In this document: one piece after another, positions 36,744 to 48,505 of the stretch
Layout of the letters: every line of letters begins with the position of its first letter
Position numbering within the stretch: position 1 is the first letter of the stretch
Source: Mobula hypostoma
Taxonomy: Eukaryota
Length of the DNA: 64,000 nucleotides
Assembly (NCBI RefSeq): GCF_963921235.1
Contig: NC_086100.1
Coordinates: forward strand, 118,050,001-118,114,000
Direction: 5' to 3'
Notes under the pieces: model-generated
What the model was told of the DNA's origin: nothing
Database searches by the model: none
Seen by the model: the letters and a program-made list of their open reading frames with translations, nothing else
Program-made: the position numbers and the translations under genes

Positions 36744-37940
36744 ATGAAGTTTATTGCAATATTATTTGTGTGTTTATGTCTCTGACTGTTGGGTGTGTCA
36801 ATGTATACCACATACTTCAAAATATTCACCAATGCTAGGCTTTTCTGCAGATCCAAAACAAACATACGCCCTCTTTCTTAAGCAAAGTTCACCTAGTAAT
36901 GGCAATATTGATATTATGCCCATGATCATCATTGTCAAGGGAGACTTAAATATACAATGATCATGCCCCCGCCCCCACACACTATCTTGAACTGGATCAT
37001 TTATGTAAATATAATCGGCGTGATTTAGGGAATCATATCAAACCTGATCCCATTCCTGTCTTATCTGGGATACCTCTATATCTGCATCTAATGTTAATGA
37101 CAAAGATATAAAACCTTTTCACTATAAATGCTACCTTTAGGTTGAGTTCAGAAGGCACCATTTTCATAGGGAATATTTTATGCAATTATACTTTACATTG
37201 TCTTAAAAAGGGTAATGGCTCTGGAATCTTCATGGACAATATCCATCAGATAAATATTAAAGTTCAACAAGATTCCTGTTGAGTAATAAGAAATTGTCTA
37301 AGATCATAGAACAATACATATTTTATGTGTGGAAATGGGTCTTATACCTCCCTCCCATGTAACTGGTTAGGATCTCGTTATTTAGTGTAAGTTTCTCCTG
37401 CTATCTGACATACAAACACTTCACCTTTACCTCCTGAGTCCAGAGACATTTTAGAAGGAGATCATTTTGCATCAATTTTCTTCCCATTTTATGGTGTTTC
37501 AGGGAATATAGGAGAGATTAAAAATATTGCTGCAGCTTTAGAAAGAGTGAGCAATGACACTGCCGATGCCTTGGGAAAAGTAACAACAGGAACAGTCTCC
37601 AGGTGTAAAATTGTTCTACAAAATCCTATAGCATCAGATCCTCTCATGGGAGTTAAGGGGGAAACATGCACAGTTATAGGCATAGTGTTGTACTTACATA
37701 CACAATGAGTCTGAAGATATAACTGATTTGGCTGATCACAAAGAATCAGCTAAAATACATCAAACTGATAGATGGTATTTCTTTGATTGGATTAATTTAC
37801 ATTCGGAAGCTGGGATTGCTCAGCACTATGAGTTATAATATTTGTTCAGATATACCTTATCATATTTTCCATTTTTAATTGTATAAGGGCAAGCATAAAT
37901 AGAGTAGTGAAAAACTCATGCAAGTTTTTCTACTAATCTG
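36744..37940 (+). pseudogene. env: ERV env (gamma-type SU/TM), degenerate
   Basis: Signal-peptide-like MKFIAILFVCLCL. SU C-terminal YFMCGNGSYTSLPCNWLGSRYLV. Fusion-peptide-like FASIFFPFYGV, a heptad region, ISD-like LQNPIASDPL, and CTVIG…CCTYI (CX6CC across a frameshift). Confidence 0.82.
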
Positions 37941-38098
37941 TCTAACAATGACATAATCCTATGAATACCTTATGATATTTCCATAACTATGTAGTTTATT
38001 GATTAATTTATACTTAATGTAGTTAGCACAGGTTTTTCTGCCTCTGAATTTTCAGATGTAATAATTCTAAACGTGTAATTTAGAATCAAAAGGGGGAA

Positions 38099-38468
38099 TG
38101 TTGGATTAGACGGCATAATTCATATTTTTTGCAGTTTAATCTTCTCATGCCTGCTTATATTTTATATAATTACCTATATACAGATAACTATTCAGTGTAT
38201 GTCCTAGTGGTTACATTTCTTTGTATTATTCTGGAAGCTTCTTCGGTATCACATTACTTGAATAGGGGCTGTCTCTTATCTATTATATCAGAAGAACTGA
38301 GCACATTGGCCCGCATCTTTTTCTGTTCTTTGCTCTTAACTATTATACTTTCATTATTTTTCATTTCCAGTTCCTCTGTTCTCCTTGCTCTTAGTGAAAC
38401 AATCATGAAGCAACAAACTTTACGCCAATTTCTTGACTCCCAGAAGATCCTTGAATCAGAATCCAACA
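38099..38468 (+). repeat. ERV 3' LTR (370 bp)
   Basis: Follows the PPT. Perfect 9-bp terminal inverted repeat TGTTGGATT…AATCCAACA. Confidence 0.88.
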
Positions 38469-39662
38469 ACACGCTGATAATGAAGAATTATTGAAAATTT
38501 CCAAGTCAGCGTGGAGTGTGATTTCGAGGGGTACTTGCATTTTATAATGTTCCACCATGCCTGCTGTGGGCGTGTGCCCTTTGAAATTACAGAAACCTGT
38601 CAGCACATTTTTTGGGAGGGTCATGTCAAACCTTGTCAACATTCAGCAGTGCATTTTGTAGATTATACACATTGTAGCCATGGTACACCCTTGTTGAAGG
38701 GTCTGAATATTAAGGTAACAGTGGGATGCCTTTCAAGTCAATTGTTTTTTCTGGATAGTGTTAATCTTTTTAAATTATTGATGGACTGTCACTTATTTAA
38801 GAGTGAGAATACTCAGTAACACTTCTGATTCATGTCTTGAACAAGGCAGTTACACATTAAGAAGCCAGTGTCTGTGCCTCTTGCCACAAGATATCTAGTT
38901 CCTATCTCACTAAATACAATGTGATGTTCCAGTTTATCTTCTGATCAATGGTAACCACTGAGGTGTTGATTCTAGACGAACTGGTGAGGTTAACTTAACT
39001 ACATTAGAAGCAGAAGAATTACACCAAACTGAGAAGTGTAACACTACAATAATCTTCACTCCAAATGAGAATGTTATGCAAAACTGCATCTGTTGTTCAG
39101 TAGTTAGTTGTAGATTGTACAAATGAGCAAGACAAATTATTGCATTTCTTGAAATGAGGTCAATACATTAATGAAAAATAGGTACAGGTGATTGGACAGT
39201 ATACTAGATTCAAATTTTGTGACAAGTCATGGCTAGGTGGGTATGAACTCTGAGTAGGATGCAGAAAGTTGCTTCTTTGATATTGGATGCACTTTGATTT
39301 CTTTGGGCAAAAATGATTTTTCATTTCGGAAAATAAATGTGTAAGGAACTGGTTTCTCTCAGTATGATGACCTTAAAATATCTTTGAAGCCAATGGTGTA
39401 TTCTGTAGTTGAATGGAACAGGAGGAGAAGAAACTATCAAGAATAATTATGAAGAAATGTGTTCTGGACGCTGCTGCAGGTAGGAAGAGCCTTAAGCTAA
39501 GCTCTCAATCACACTGTTCAATATGCAGTTAGTCATCATGGATGCAGGTAACAAACCACTTCAGTCTTAGATCTGAATGGGTTCAGGTTCGTACTTGGAT
39601 ATGAATTTTCTACATTTATCCCACTAGTGGAAATGTGTCAGAGCACACATGACACATGTTAC

Positions 39663-40747
39663 TGTCATAAGGAAGTGGCTAGGAATGCACCCAAGTGCAA
39701 GACACAGACACTGAAGGACTAGGGACAGGACTAGGATTCAGGGTGAGAGCAAGGACGTGGATACGAAAACAGGAACCCGGAACAGGACTGGACAAGAGAG
39801 CTAGGAGCCTGGGCTTGGACTCTGAGCCAGAGACTGGACAAGGACCCAGTACCTGGGTCTTGCCTCTGGCTCGGACCCCCAGAACTAGGCAAGGACGAGG
39901 CTTGGCAGGCAGGCAGGACAAGGCTGGAGTCTTCAGGCTTGAGGCTAGAGGAGAGGCTTGGCAGGAGGTAGGAGGCTGGGGTCTTCAGGTTTGAGGCTAG
40001 GCAGGAGGATGGAGTCTTCAGGCTTGAGGCTAGGCAGGAGGCTGGAGTCTACAGGCTAGAGGCTAGAGGCTTGAGTCGAGGCTTGGCAGGAGGCTGGAGA
40101 CTTGAGACTTGAGGTGAGGTTTGGCAGGAGGCTGGAGACTTGAGACTTGAGGAGAGGCTTGGCAGGAGGCTGGAGGCTGGAGACTTGAGGCGAGGCTTGG
40201 CAGGAGGCTGGAGGCTGGAGACTTGAGGCGAGGCTTGGCAGGAGGCTGGAGACTTGACACTGGAAGCTCCTCCTGGGCAGGGCACGGTACTCCTGGGCAG
40301 GGTGGGGATCTCCACCCGACAGAGGCAAGGGACAGGAAGGGACAGAACCAACCTCAGGTAACGGTAAGACGGCCTGGCTTACCTGATGGAGGCAAGGGAC
40401 AGGAAGGGAGCTAAGTATGGGGTGGCTCCAGGACAAGACAGCAAGACAAGGCAAGGCTTCAGGCAATGCAAGGCAAGACAGAACTTCAGGTGAGGCGAGA
40501 GTTACCGGCAAGGCTTCAGGTGAGGAAACAGAAGGCAGAGGAAGGGATACAAGGAGTAAGGACAAGAACAATCCAGCACCCACGCCCTGGTCTCTGAAGG
40601 TATTTATACAGCCAGCCCCAACGAGCATCAGCTGCCTCAATTAGAGCTCAACAAGAACAGAAACAGGGTAGACAGGAAAACCTGGAGCAAGGGTCGATGG
40701 ACCGGACTGTGAACCGGAATACGGACTTCACAGACTGGACCATGACA
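39663..40747 (-). mobile_element. Solo LTR (~1.08 kb)
   Basis: TGTCA…TGACA termini, near-perfect 5-bp TSD GTTAC/GTTAT, and a minus-strand TATAAATA at ~40602-40609. Confidence 0.75.
39890..40260. repeat. G-rich minisatellite inside the solo LTR
   Basis: Imperfect ~30-38-bp units built on GAGGCTTGGCAGGAGGCTGGAGACTT. Confidence 0.85.
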
Positions 40748-41599
40748 GTTATTTGCTTTTGTTTGAGTGACTGATACAGTTTTTTTGGAGATACTGAGTA
40801 TGTGGTTCATATTGTCCTCTCGATTCTTATACCCATTTGAATCCAGAATACTCAAACCCAGCATGGTACCAATAATAAGGAGAAATGAAGTCAGAATTTT
40901 GGCCTAGAAATTCAGACAGCTTGAAGGAAAACTGTATCTTCAAGGGATCCTACAATTTCTCTTCCAGTCCTGTACCCAGTCATTACCCTACCCCCACCCT
41001 CCTGGCTCATATTTTATACCACTGATTCTTTGTCAAAATGCTGGAGTCCTGTATCTCATGGCAATGCAAGAACCATCTCTACTACTTGAACTGTTATCAC
41101 TCATCCAGAAAGCTACCTTCCCTAAGGCAACTAGGAACAGAGATAAATCTTTCCCATACTATCACTAACAATCATCCAAGAATGGATAACTTAAAAATAG
41201 AGCTGTTGGAGCGAGAGGCAGAGTAAATTACGTTTTAGGATTTGATATATAGTACAATGAATATGAGCTAACATAACAAACAGAAGAAATAGGTACCTTA
41301 AGGCCTGTGGTTCTGAAAACTTTCCAACACTGTGTGTTCCCTGATGTCACATCTAACCAAAGATTTAAAGAATCACGTTGCAGAGAAGGAGACTAGATGG
41401 CTATCATGCTTGTGTAGGCTCATTGAAAGAGCTATCAAATCAGTCCAGTTATCCTGCTCTTAATCCAACCAGCCATATATAGTCCTTTCTAATGCTTACC
41501 CAATTTGCTTTCTAAAGTTGCTACTTAGTTTGCCTCAGCCATCTCTTAGACTGGAAACAGATAGTTTGTTCCACTGGAGAATATACCGGTCAACAGACA

Positions 41600-41870
41600 C
41601 CCACTTTCACACAAGTGCAACCCCAGCCCAATTCATTCTCTCCATGTTACCTTCAACTCCCCCAACAATCTACCACTCATCTGCCCAGTAATGTATAGTA
41701 GTCAATTTGCAGTTGCTGATTAACCAAGCAAGCCACGTGTCTTTGGAATAGTAGGAGGTAATAGAAGTACGTGAAACCCACAGTGCAAAATCCCCACAGA
41801 GAGTCCTAAAGGGCAGGACTGAACCAAGTCACTGATGCTGGGTGGTAGCAGTTCTATCGGAAGTGCCCCT
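41600..41870 (-). mobile_element. Decayed tRNA-derived SINE (V-SINE/HE1-like)
   Basis: Minus strand has a B-box-like GGTTCAGTCC followed by TGTGGGGATTTTGCAC…GTGGGTTTC…TTCCAAAGAC, resembling a V-domain. Confidence 0.45.
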
Positions 41871-42169
41871 TACCCTCTTATTACGGATCTTAACTATTCA
41901 CTGCATAAATCAAACAATTCAGCTCATTTCCTTTTGGATTTTTGCAAATTACCTCCCATCTGTGCCTTCTGTTTCTGACCTAACGCCAGTCAGACAATAT
42001 ACTGACTGTAATAAGTATAGTGGCCATGATTGTCAAGAACTCCATTGCTGAACTGTGTAAATACTAAGGCAATAGAGGACAAAGCCTTCTGTCTGACACA
42101 GTCATCGTGAGCTTCTCGTTGCATGTCTGTTCCCACATCAGCCTGTCTATCCTCAGGCTTCCCCATCGC

Positions 42170-42510
42170 AAACTAAATCCAACCTCACATCTCAGAGTCC
42201 ACAACCAATGGTATAATCATTAACTTTTCCAATTTCAGGTAATCCATTCCCATCGAGGCAACTGTAATAGCATTGGGCAAACTGCTACATTACTGTGGTG
42301 CCCCATACTGATGCCACAACTCACCTGGTTCTACCTCTGCCAGCCTTTGTCTCACCCCTCCCTCTCACCTCTTTATGCTGGCTATTTTTCTTTTACACTC
42401 TCAGTCCAAAACATTGACCATCCATTTGTCTCCACAGCTGCTGCCTGACCTGTTGAGTTCTTCTTGCAGTTTGTTTCTGTGCTCTAGATTACAGCATCTG
42501 CAGGCTTTAA
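42170..42510 (+). mobile_element. Old PLE 3' fragment
   Basis: QPMV*SLTF/…NFSNFR* C-terminal remnant similar to 4980-5023, followed by a GCTGCCTGACCTG…CAGCATCTGCAG terminus. Confidence 0.5.
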
Positions 42511-42789
42511 TGTCTCCAAAAACATATTTTCATCTGATATCAATGAGTAACTTTTGTATTTCTAAGGACCCAAAGAAATTATGGAGGATTCCTTAAGAAC
42601 CAAAATACCTCCTTATGACAAGGCTGCCAGGAATCCTACACTTCTGCAGATATTGAGGGTGGGTGACACATTTCTCTTAGTACACTCAAACATATTGCAA
42701 GTTGAGACCAGGGAATTTTCCGATCGTGTGTTCCTTGGTGTTTAACCCTGACTGCTTTGAGTTTATTTGGTGTTATAGGAATTACAGGA

Positions 42790-43330
42790 ATTACTGTACC
42801 GAATTATAGGAAAGATGTCAACAAAATAGAGTGAGTACAGAGAAGATTTACTAGAATGTTAACTGGGTTTCAACACCTAAGTTACAGAGAAAGGTTGAAC
42901 AAGTTGGGTCTTTATTCTTTGGACCGTAGAAGGTTGAGGGGGGACTTGATAGAGGTATTTAAAATTATGAGGGGGATAGATAGAGTTGGCGTGGATAGGC
43001 TTTTTCCATTGAGAGTGGGGGAGATTCAAACAAGAGGACGTGAGTTGAGAGTTAGGGGGCAAAAGTTTAGGGGTAACACGAGGGGTAACTTCTTTACTCA
43101 GAGAGTGGTAGCTGTGTGGAATGAGCTTCCAGTAGAAGTGGTAGAGGCAGGTTTGATATTGTCCTTTAAAGTAAAATTGGATAGGTATATGGACAGGAAA
43201 GGAATGAAGGGTTATGGGCTGAGTGCAGGTCAGTGGGGCTAGGTGAGAGTAAGCATTCAGCACGGACTAGAAGGGCCAAGATGGCCTGTTTCTGTGCTGT
43301 AGTTGTTATATGGTTATATGGTTTATGGTA
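42790..43330 (+). mobile_element. CR1 3' fragment
   Basis: LSYRERLNKLGLYSL…RGDLIEVFKI…FFTQRVVAVWNELP and a (TTATATGG)n tail. Confidence 0.92.
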
Positions 43331-44939
43331 GACAGAGAGGTATCATAGTTACTGCAACGTATAGACATTTCAGCCAGTCTGATGTGCCTCCCCCACATTT
43401 CCTCCAGAGGGATAAATATAGAAAGTTCATAACCAAGTTATCTATTCAGCTCCAAACTCTACTTTGTTTTATTGAACATGAAAAATTAATCTTCTGGCTA
43501 GACTTTATGAATGCTTTGAGTTCTGCCGCAATGTATCACAGCCTTTAGGTGAAGAAAAGAAAGGAGAAAAAGAAATAAAGGTCCAGAGGACTGATCAAAA
43601 GATGCTGAAAGGCAAAAATTTCAATTAATTTTCCCATCAAAAATGCATGGACACTGAATGAGGCCAAGCCGTTCATTCTCAGGCAATCGCCAAATATTAA
43701 AAGCCACAATTTTTCATTGCAGTCTTCATTAGTTCAATAATTTGATTTTGAGAATACTCAGTGATTTCAGAACTCAATATACTTATTATAGAAGATGACG
43801 AACAAACATAACAGCACAATGGTAAGTTGGCATAACTGTAAATGAATTGAAGAATACAGCTGTCGCTTCTTGAGACTTTCTGACCTTACCTATTTTTGAT
43901 CTGATAAGACTAGAAAATAATACATTCTATGTCAAAAATATGTTTTATGTCTATGAGTGGTGCACCTTCTATTCTAATTTTATTCATGCAAATATACTGC
44001 AAGATGCTTTTCAGGTGTTTATGACAATATTCAAATAGAATCATGTCTGTTCTCAAAGATCTTGTAAAATGGAGAAGCCAATGACAAGAGTAACAGGAAG
44101 TGGCTGATAACAGGTCTATTAGTTTTTCCAAATGAGTACCAGGAGATACAAAAGAATACATTCCTATAGTCAGTCATTCCTGTGTGTCAGCCCACTGCAT
44201 GCATTATTGAGATAGAAGGGAAAGCTCAAAAATATAGCATCTAGGAGGCTGAACAATGAAATTGGAAATATAATACATCAGGTAATTGAAAATTTTCAAG
44301 CATACAGAAAAGCAAACGTGATTTGAGTTGCTGAAGGGTAATGTATTTGAGTCATATTTTCTGGTGTACATAATTGATGTCATCTCCAAAGTAATTATTC
44401 CATGGTAATATGATCATTCAAGTTTAACACTTTTGCAGCCTTGGGAATTACAATTGATTTTATCAGGACTGATATTCTTTTAAAAAAAGTCATTTTAAAA
44501 ATTGAGGCTTAGAGTAATGAAACAGATTGCAAATTTAAACATTTGATTATAAATTCCAGTAAATTTATATATTCCAAGGAAAGTAATGCAAAACTGATTA
44601 TATTTGATCTGGATCTCTTATTTATTATGTTTTCATGGATATATTTTTCCTTTTCACTTGAAGGAATGAATTCCCTTGTAGATACAATATGTTTTTGTTA
44701 AATTTACCCATCTATTCATTACCTTGTTGAAAATACCAAGAAAACTGAACAGGACTCTCTTTCCACAAATACAAAGTTTGTACCTCAGTGGCGTGCCTCC
44801 CAAACTCAAGCTGAGAAATTTTTAATGTCTAAAGACTCACTTTAACCATTCCCCTTCTATTCTATGAGTTATTATGCATTTCATCCTGTGGATGGGAACT
44901 CAACCTTGTTCCACTCTTTGATGAAACATTTTGAATCAC

Positions 44940-45345
44940 TTGTACCCAGGCTATGCTCTTTTCTCCCTGCTATCATCAGATAGAAGGCACAAGAGCCTCA
45001 GAACTTGCACTACCAGGTTCAAGAACAGTTACTACCCCTCAATCATCAGGCTCTTGAACAAAAGATAACTACACTCATCTATGGAGATGTTTCCACAACC
45101 AACGATCTTACTATAAGGACCCTTTATTTTGTTATTTCATGCTCTCGTTATTTATTGCTATTTATTTATACTTGCATTGGCACAGTTTGTTGTCTTCTAC
45201 ACTCTGATCTTTCACTGATCCTGTTTACAGTTACTGATCTGTAGATTTGCTGAGTACGCTCACAGGTAAAAGTATCTCAGGGCTGTATGTGGTGACATGT
45301 ATGTACTCTGATAATAAATTTTGCTTTGACCTTTGAACTTTTGAA
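44940..45345 (+). mobile_element. Rex1/Babar-like 3' fragment
   Basis: FSLLSSDRRHKSLRTCTTRFKNSYYP remnant and a (TTTGAA/C) tail. Confidence 0.65.
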
Positions 45346-46129
45346 TGTTTAAATATGAAGAACATATGTTATTTTTGAATAATATCACAGAGGTAACAAG
45401 TAAAATCTGTGTCTACTTCTAAAGACAATTCACAACCAGCAATATTCATACAAAAGTAATTTTATATCTGATATTTTGTATTTATTCTTTGCCTCTCATT
45501 TGGCCTTTTAAGATCTGCACATCATCACAGGATAAATAAATAAACCTATTCCAAAGCTGTTCTATTATCAACCAATAAGGAAAGGTAAAGGAGATAAGAG
45601 TGTTTCTTCATTGGATTTGTCCTTATCCCTTGCTGTGAGGAATTAGTTAGATCTTTCACTGCAACCTTATAGCACAGTAACACTCAGATAAGGACTGCAT
45701 CTTATCAGGAATTCAAGATTTAAGTTAATATTCTAATATCCTGGGGCACATCACACTATTGAACATGCATCTCACCGTGCTGTAACCTTGAAGTAGAGGT
45801 GTTGAGTGACATTGTTGTCCTGGGCTGAGTACAATAGTATTTTATGTTTTTAATATTGATTTGAATCTATTTCAGATTAGTGCACCAAATCTTTTCTTTT
45901 CAGAAGTCTTTGAGTATATTAGTTGAGATGGTTTGATCTTATCTTAAGTCCTCTCTGAAAACTTATAGGGTACTTCAACATCAAACATTTCCTGCTTGGA
46001 TGCCGAAAAAGTAATTTTTCTCTGCACCTGACAACTGTCCTGACCATAAACTCACAAAAAGAATCTTTGCTGCATCACTTCCAGAAGGCACTTTCATTAA
46101 AATTGCTCAGCTAAAACTCCAATAACAAT

Positions 46130-47150
46130 GGTAATTCTTCTGTCATTTTGGTGATGCAGAACATTGTAAAACCAATAGTTAAAGGCAGAATTAGTAGTTA
46201 CATGAGTAAGTATGGATTGATTACAAAAAGGCAGCATGCATTTTCTAAAGGCAAATTGTGACTAACTATATTGATAGGGTTGCTGGAAGTTCAAAGTACA
46301 TTTATTATCAAAGTATGTATACATTACAAAACCTTGAGATTTGTCTCCTTACAGGCAGCAACAAAACAAAGAAACTCACCCCAAAAGAACCCATAAAAAA
46401 GACCATCTAACACCCAATGTTTAGAGAGAATAAAGACAAATATTGCTATCAATCAAAGTGAGAAAATAGCACTCAGAATGAAAGTAAGTCCACAGACATG
46501 AAGCCAGGCATCACTTCAGCCAAAGCAAGCCCCAGACTCAGTTCAGCGCAGAACTGAGCAAACGTCGCAGATCAGGAGCAGAACCAGCCAGATCCCCGCC
46601 TCTGGTCATGACATCCTGCCTTTTCAATCTCGCCTGGCATTTAAATCATCCAAACATTGGGTCATTCCTCGTTCTAGGACCAGGGTCTGTCGCTTCAATA
46701 CCCTCTGGGCCTGGACCCCGCCGTTATGTTCCAGCCCGTACTTAACCTTTCCAAATTGTGGATTTGAAAAGCTATTTGGCAATCCAGAGTGGATTTGCCA
46801 ATGGTCAATAGTAGGGCTGATACTTTTCTTAATATCTAGCAATGATTTGGATTCAGCTTTGGGGCACAATTCACATATTTGTGGATGACAGAGATCTGAG
46901 ATGTAATGAACCATGGGGCGGATGGTAAAACACTTCGAGGATATACAAGCAAAGTAAAGCAATGAGCAGATGAGATTTAATACTGTGAAATATGAAGTGT
47001 TACATTTCTGTAGGAAGAATGAGTTGAGAAAATATAAACCAGAGAACACAATTCCCAGGACAGTATTGCTGGATATTGTTTAAAGACAGCAGAGCAGGTT
47101 AACAAAATCAAAAAAAGAAAGCAAATGTTAAAAAAGGCTAAAGGAGTGCC
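46130..47150 (+). mobile_element. Very old CR1 RT remnant interrupted by a minus-strand retroposon fragment (~46286-46750)
   Basis: QHAFSKGKL*LT and QMRFNTVKYEVLHF remnants. The insert begins with the AAGTTCAAAGTA…TTTATTATCAAAG tail also seen at 7066. Confidence 0.45.
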
Positions 47151-47196
47151 AGTGACACATAAGACCATAACATATAGGAGCAGAATTAGGCCATTT

Positions 47197-48123
47197 CAGA
47201 ATCAGAATCAGGTTTATTATCACCAGCATGTGACATGAAATTTGCTAACTTAGCAGCAGCAGTTCAATGCAATACATAATAAAGCAGAGAAAAAAATAAT
47301 AATAATAAATAAAATTTAAAAAATTAGTAAATAAACAAGTAAATCAATTACAGCATATGTATATTGAATAGATTTTTAAAAACATGCAAAAAACAGAAAT
47401 ACTGTGTACTAAAAAAAAGTGAGGTAGTGTCCAAAGCTTCAATGTCCATTTAGGAATCGGATGGCAGAGGGGAAGAAGCTGTTCCTGAATCGCTGAGTGT
47501 GTGCCTTCAGGCTTCTGTACCTTCTACCTGATGGTAACAGTGAGAAAAAGGCATGCCCTGGGTGCTGGAGGTCCTTAATAATGGATGCTGCCTTTCTGAG
47601 ACACTGCTGCAAAAGGATGGCCTGGGTATTTTCTAGGATTGTACACAAGATAGAGTTGACTAGATTGACAAACCTCTGCAGCTTCTTTCGGTCCTGTGCA
47701 GTAGCCCCTCCATACTAGATGGTGATGCAGCCTGTCAGAATGCTCTCCCTGGTTCAGATATAGAGGTTTTAGAGTGTATTTGTTGACATGTCAAATCTCT
47801 TCAAACTCTAAATAAAGTATAGCTGCTGTCTTGCCTTCTTTATACCTACATCAATATGTTGGGATCAGGTTAGATCCTCAGAGATCTTGACACCCAGGAA
47901 CTTGAAACTGCTCACACTCTCTACTTCTGATCCCTCTATGAGGATTGGTATGTATTCCTTCGTCTTAACCTTCCTGAAGTCCACAATCAGCTTTTTCGTC
48001 TTACTGACGTTGAGTGCCAGGTTGTTGCTGTGGCACCACTCTACTAGTTGGCATATCTCACTCCTGTACGCCCTCTTGTCACCACCTGAGATTCTACCAA
48101 CAATGGTTGTATCGTCAACAAAT
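47197..48123 (-). mobile_element. Rex1/Babar-like LINE 3' part (RT C-terminus)
   Basis: KFVDDTTIVGRIS…WCHSNNLALNVSKTKKLIVDFRK…FKFLGVKISEDL and HPGHAFFSLLPSGRRYRSLKAHTQRFRNSFFPSAIRFLN. Confidence 0.9.
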
Positions 48124-48125
48124 TT

Positions 48126-48505
48126 AGAAACATAGAAACACAGAAAACCTACAGTACAATACAGGCCCTTCGGCCCACAATGCTGTGCCAAACATGTACT
48201 TACTTTAGAAATTACCTAGGGTTACCCATTGCCCTCTATTTTTCTAACTTCCATGTACTTATCCAGGAGTCTCTTAAAAGACTCTATCGTATCTGCCTCC
48301 ACCACCATTGCTGGCAGCCCATTCCATGCACTCACCACCCTCTGTGTAAAAAACGTACCCCTGACATCTCCTCTGTACCCAGTTCCAAGCACCTTAAAAC
48401 TGTGACCTGTGTGGTTAGCCATTTCAGGCCTGGGAAAAAGCCTCTGACTATCCACACGACCATTGCTTCACATCATCTTATACACATCTATCAGGTCACC
48501 TCTCA
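48126..48505 (-). mobile_element. CR1 3' fragment
   Basis: FFTQRVVSAWNGLP and a TTTCTATG tail at the left end. Confidence 0.88.

Larger units (their letters stand above)
32950..38468 (+). mobile_element. Endogenous retrovirus, class I (epsilon/gamma-like), degenerate provirus LTR-PBS-(gag)-pol-env-PPT-LTR
   Basis: Two homologous LTRs, tRNA-Ser PBS, LPQG and YVDD RT motifs, class I-style RNase H, integrase with WEGPYQV, gamma-type env TM, and PPT AAAAGGGGGAA at 38088-38098. Confidence 0.9.

Noticed and set aside
36744..37940. Co-opted (syncytin-like) env gene
   Set aside because: Multiple stops and frameshifts, including inside the CX6CC motif. No long ORF.
40049..40640. Repetitive ORFs (SSLQPPAKP / ASCQASPQV) as real proteins
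   Set aside because: They are translations of the minisatellite within a solo LTR.
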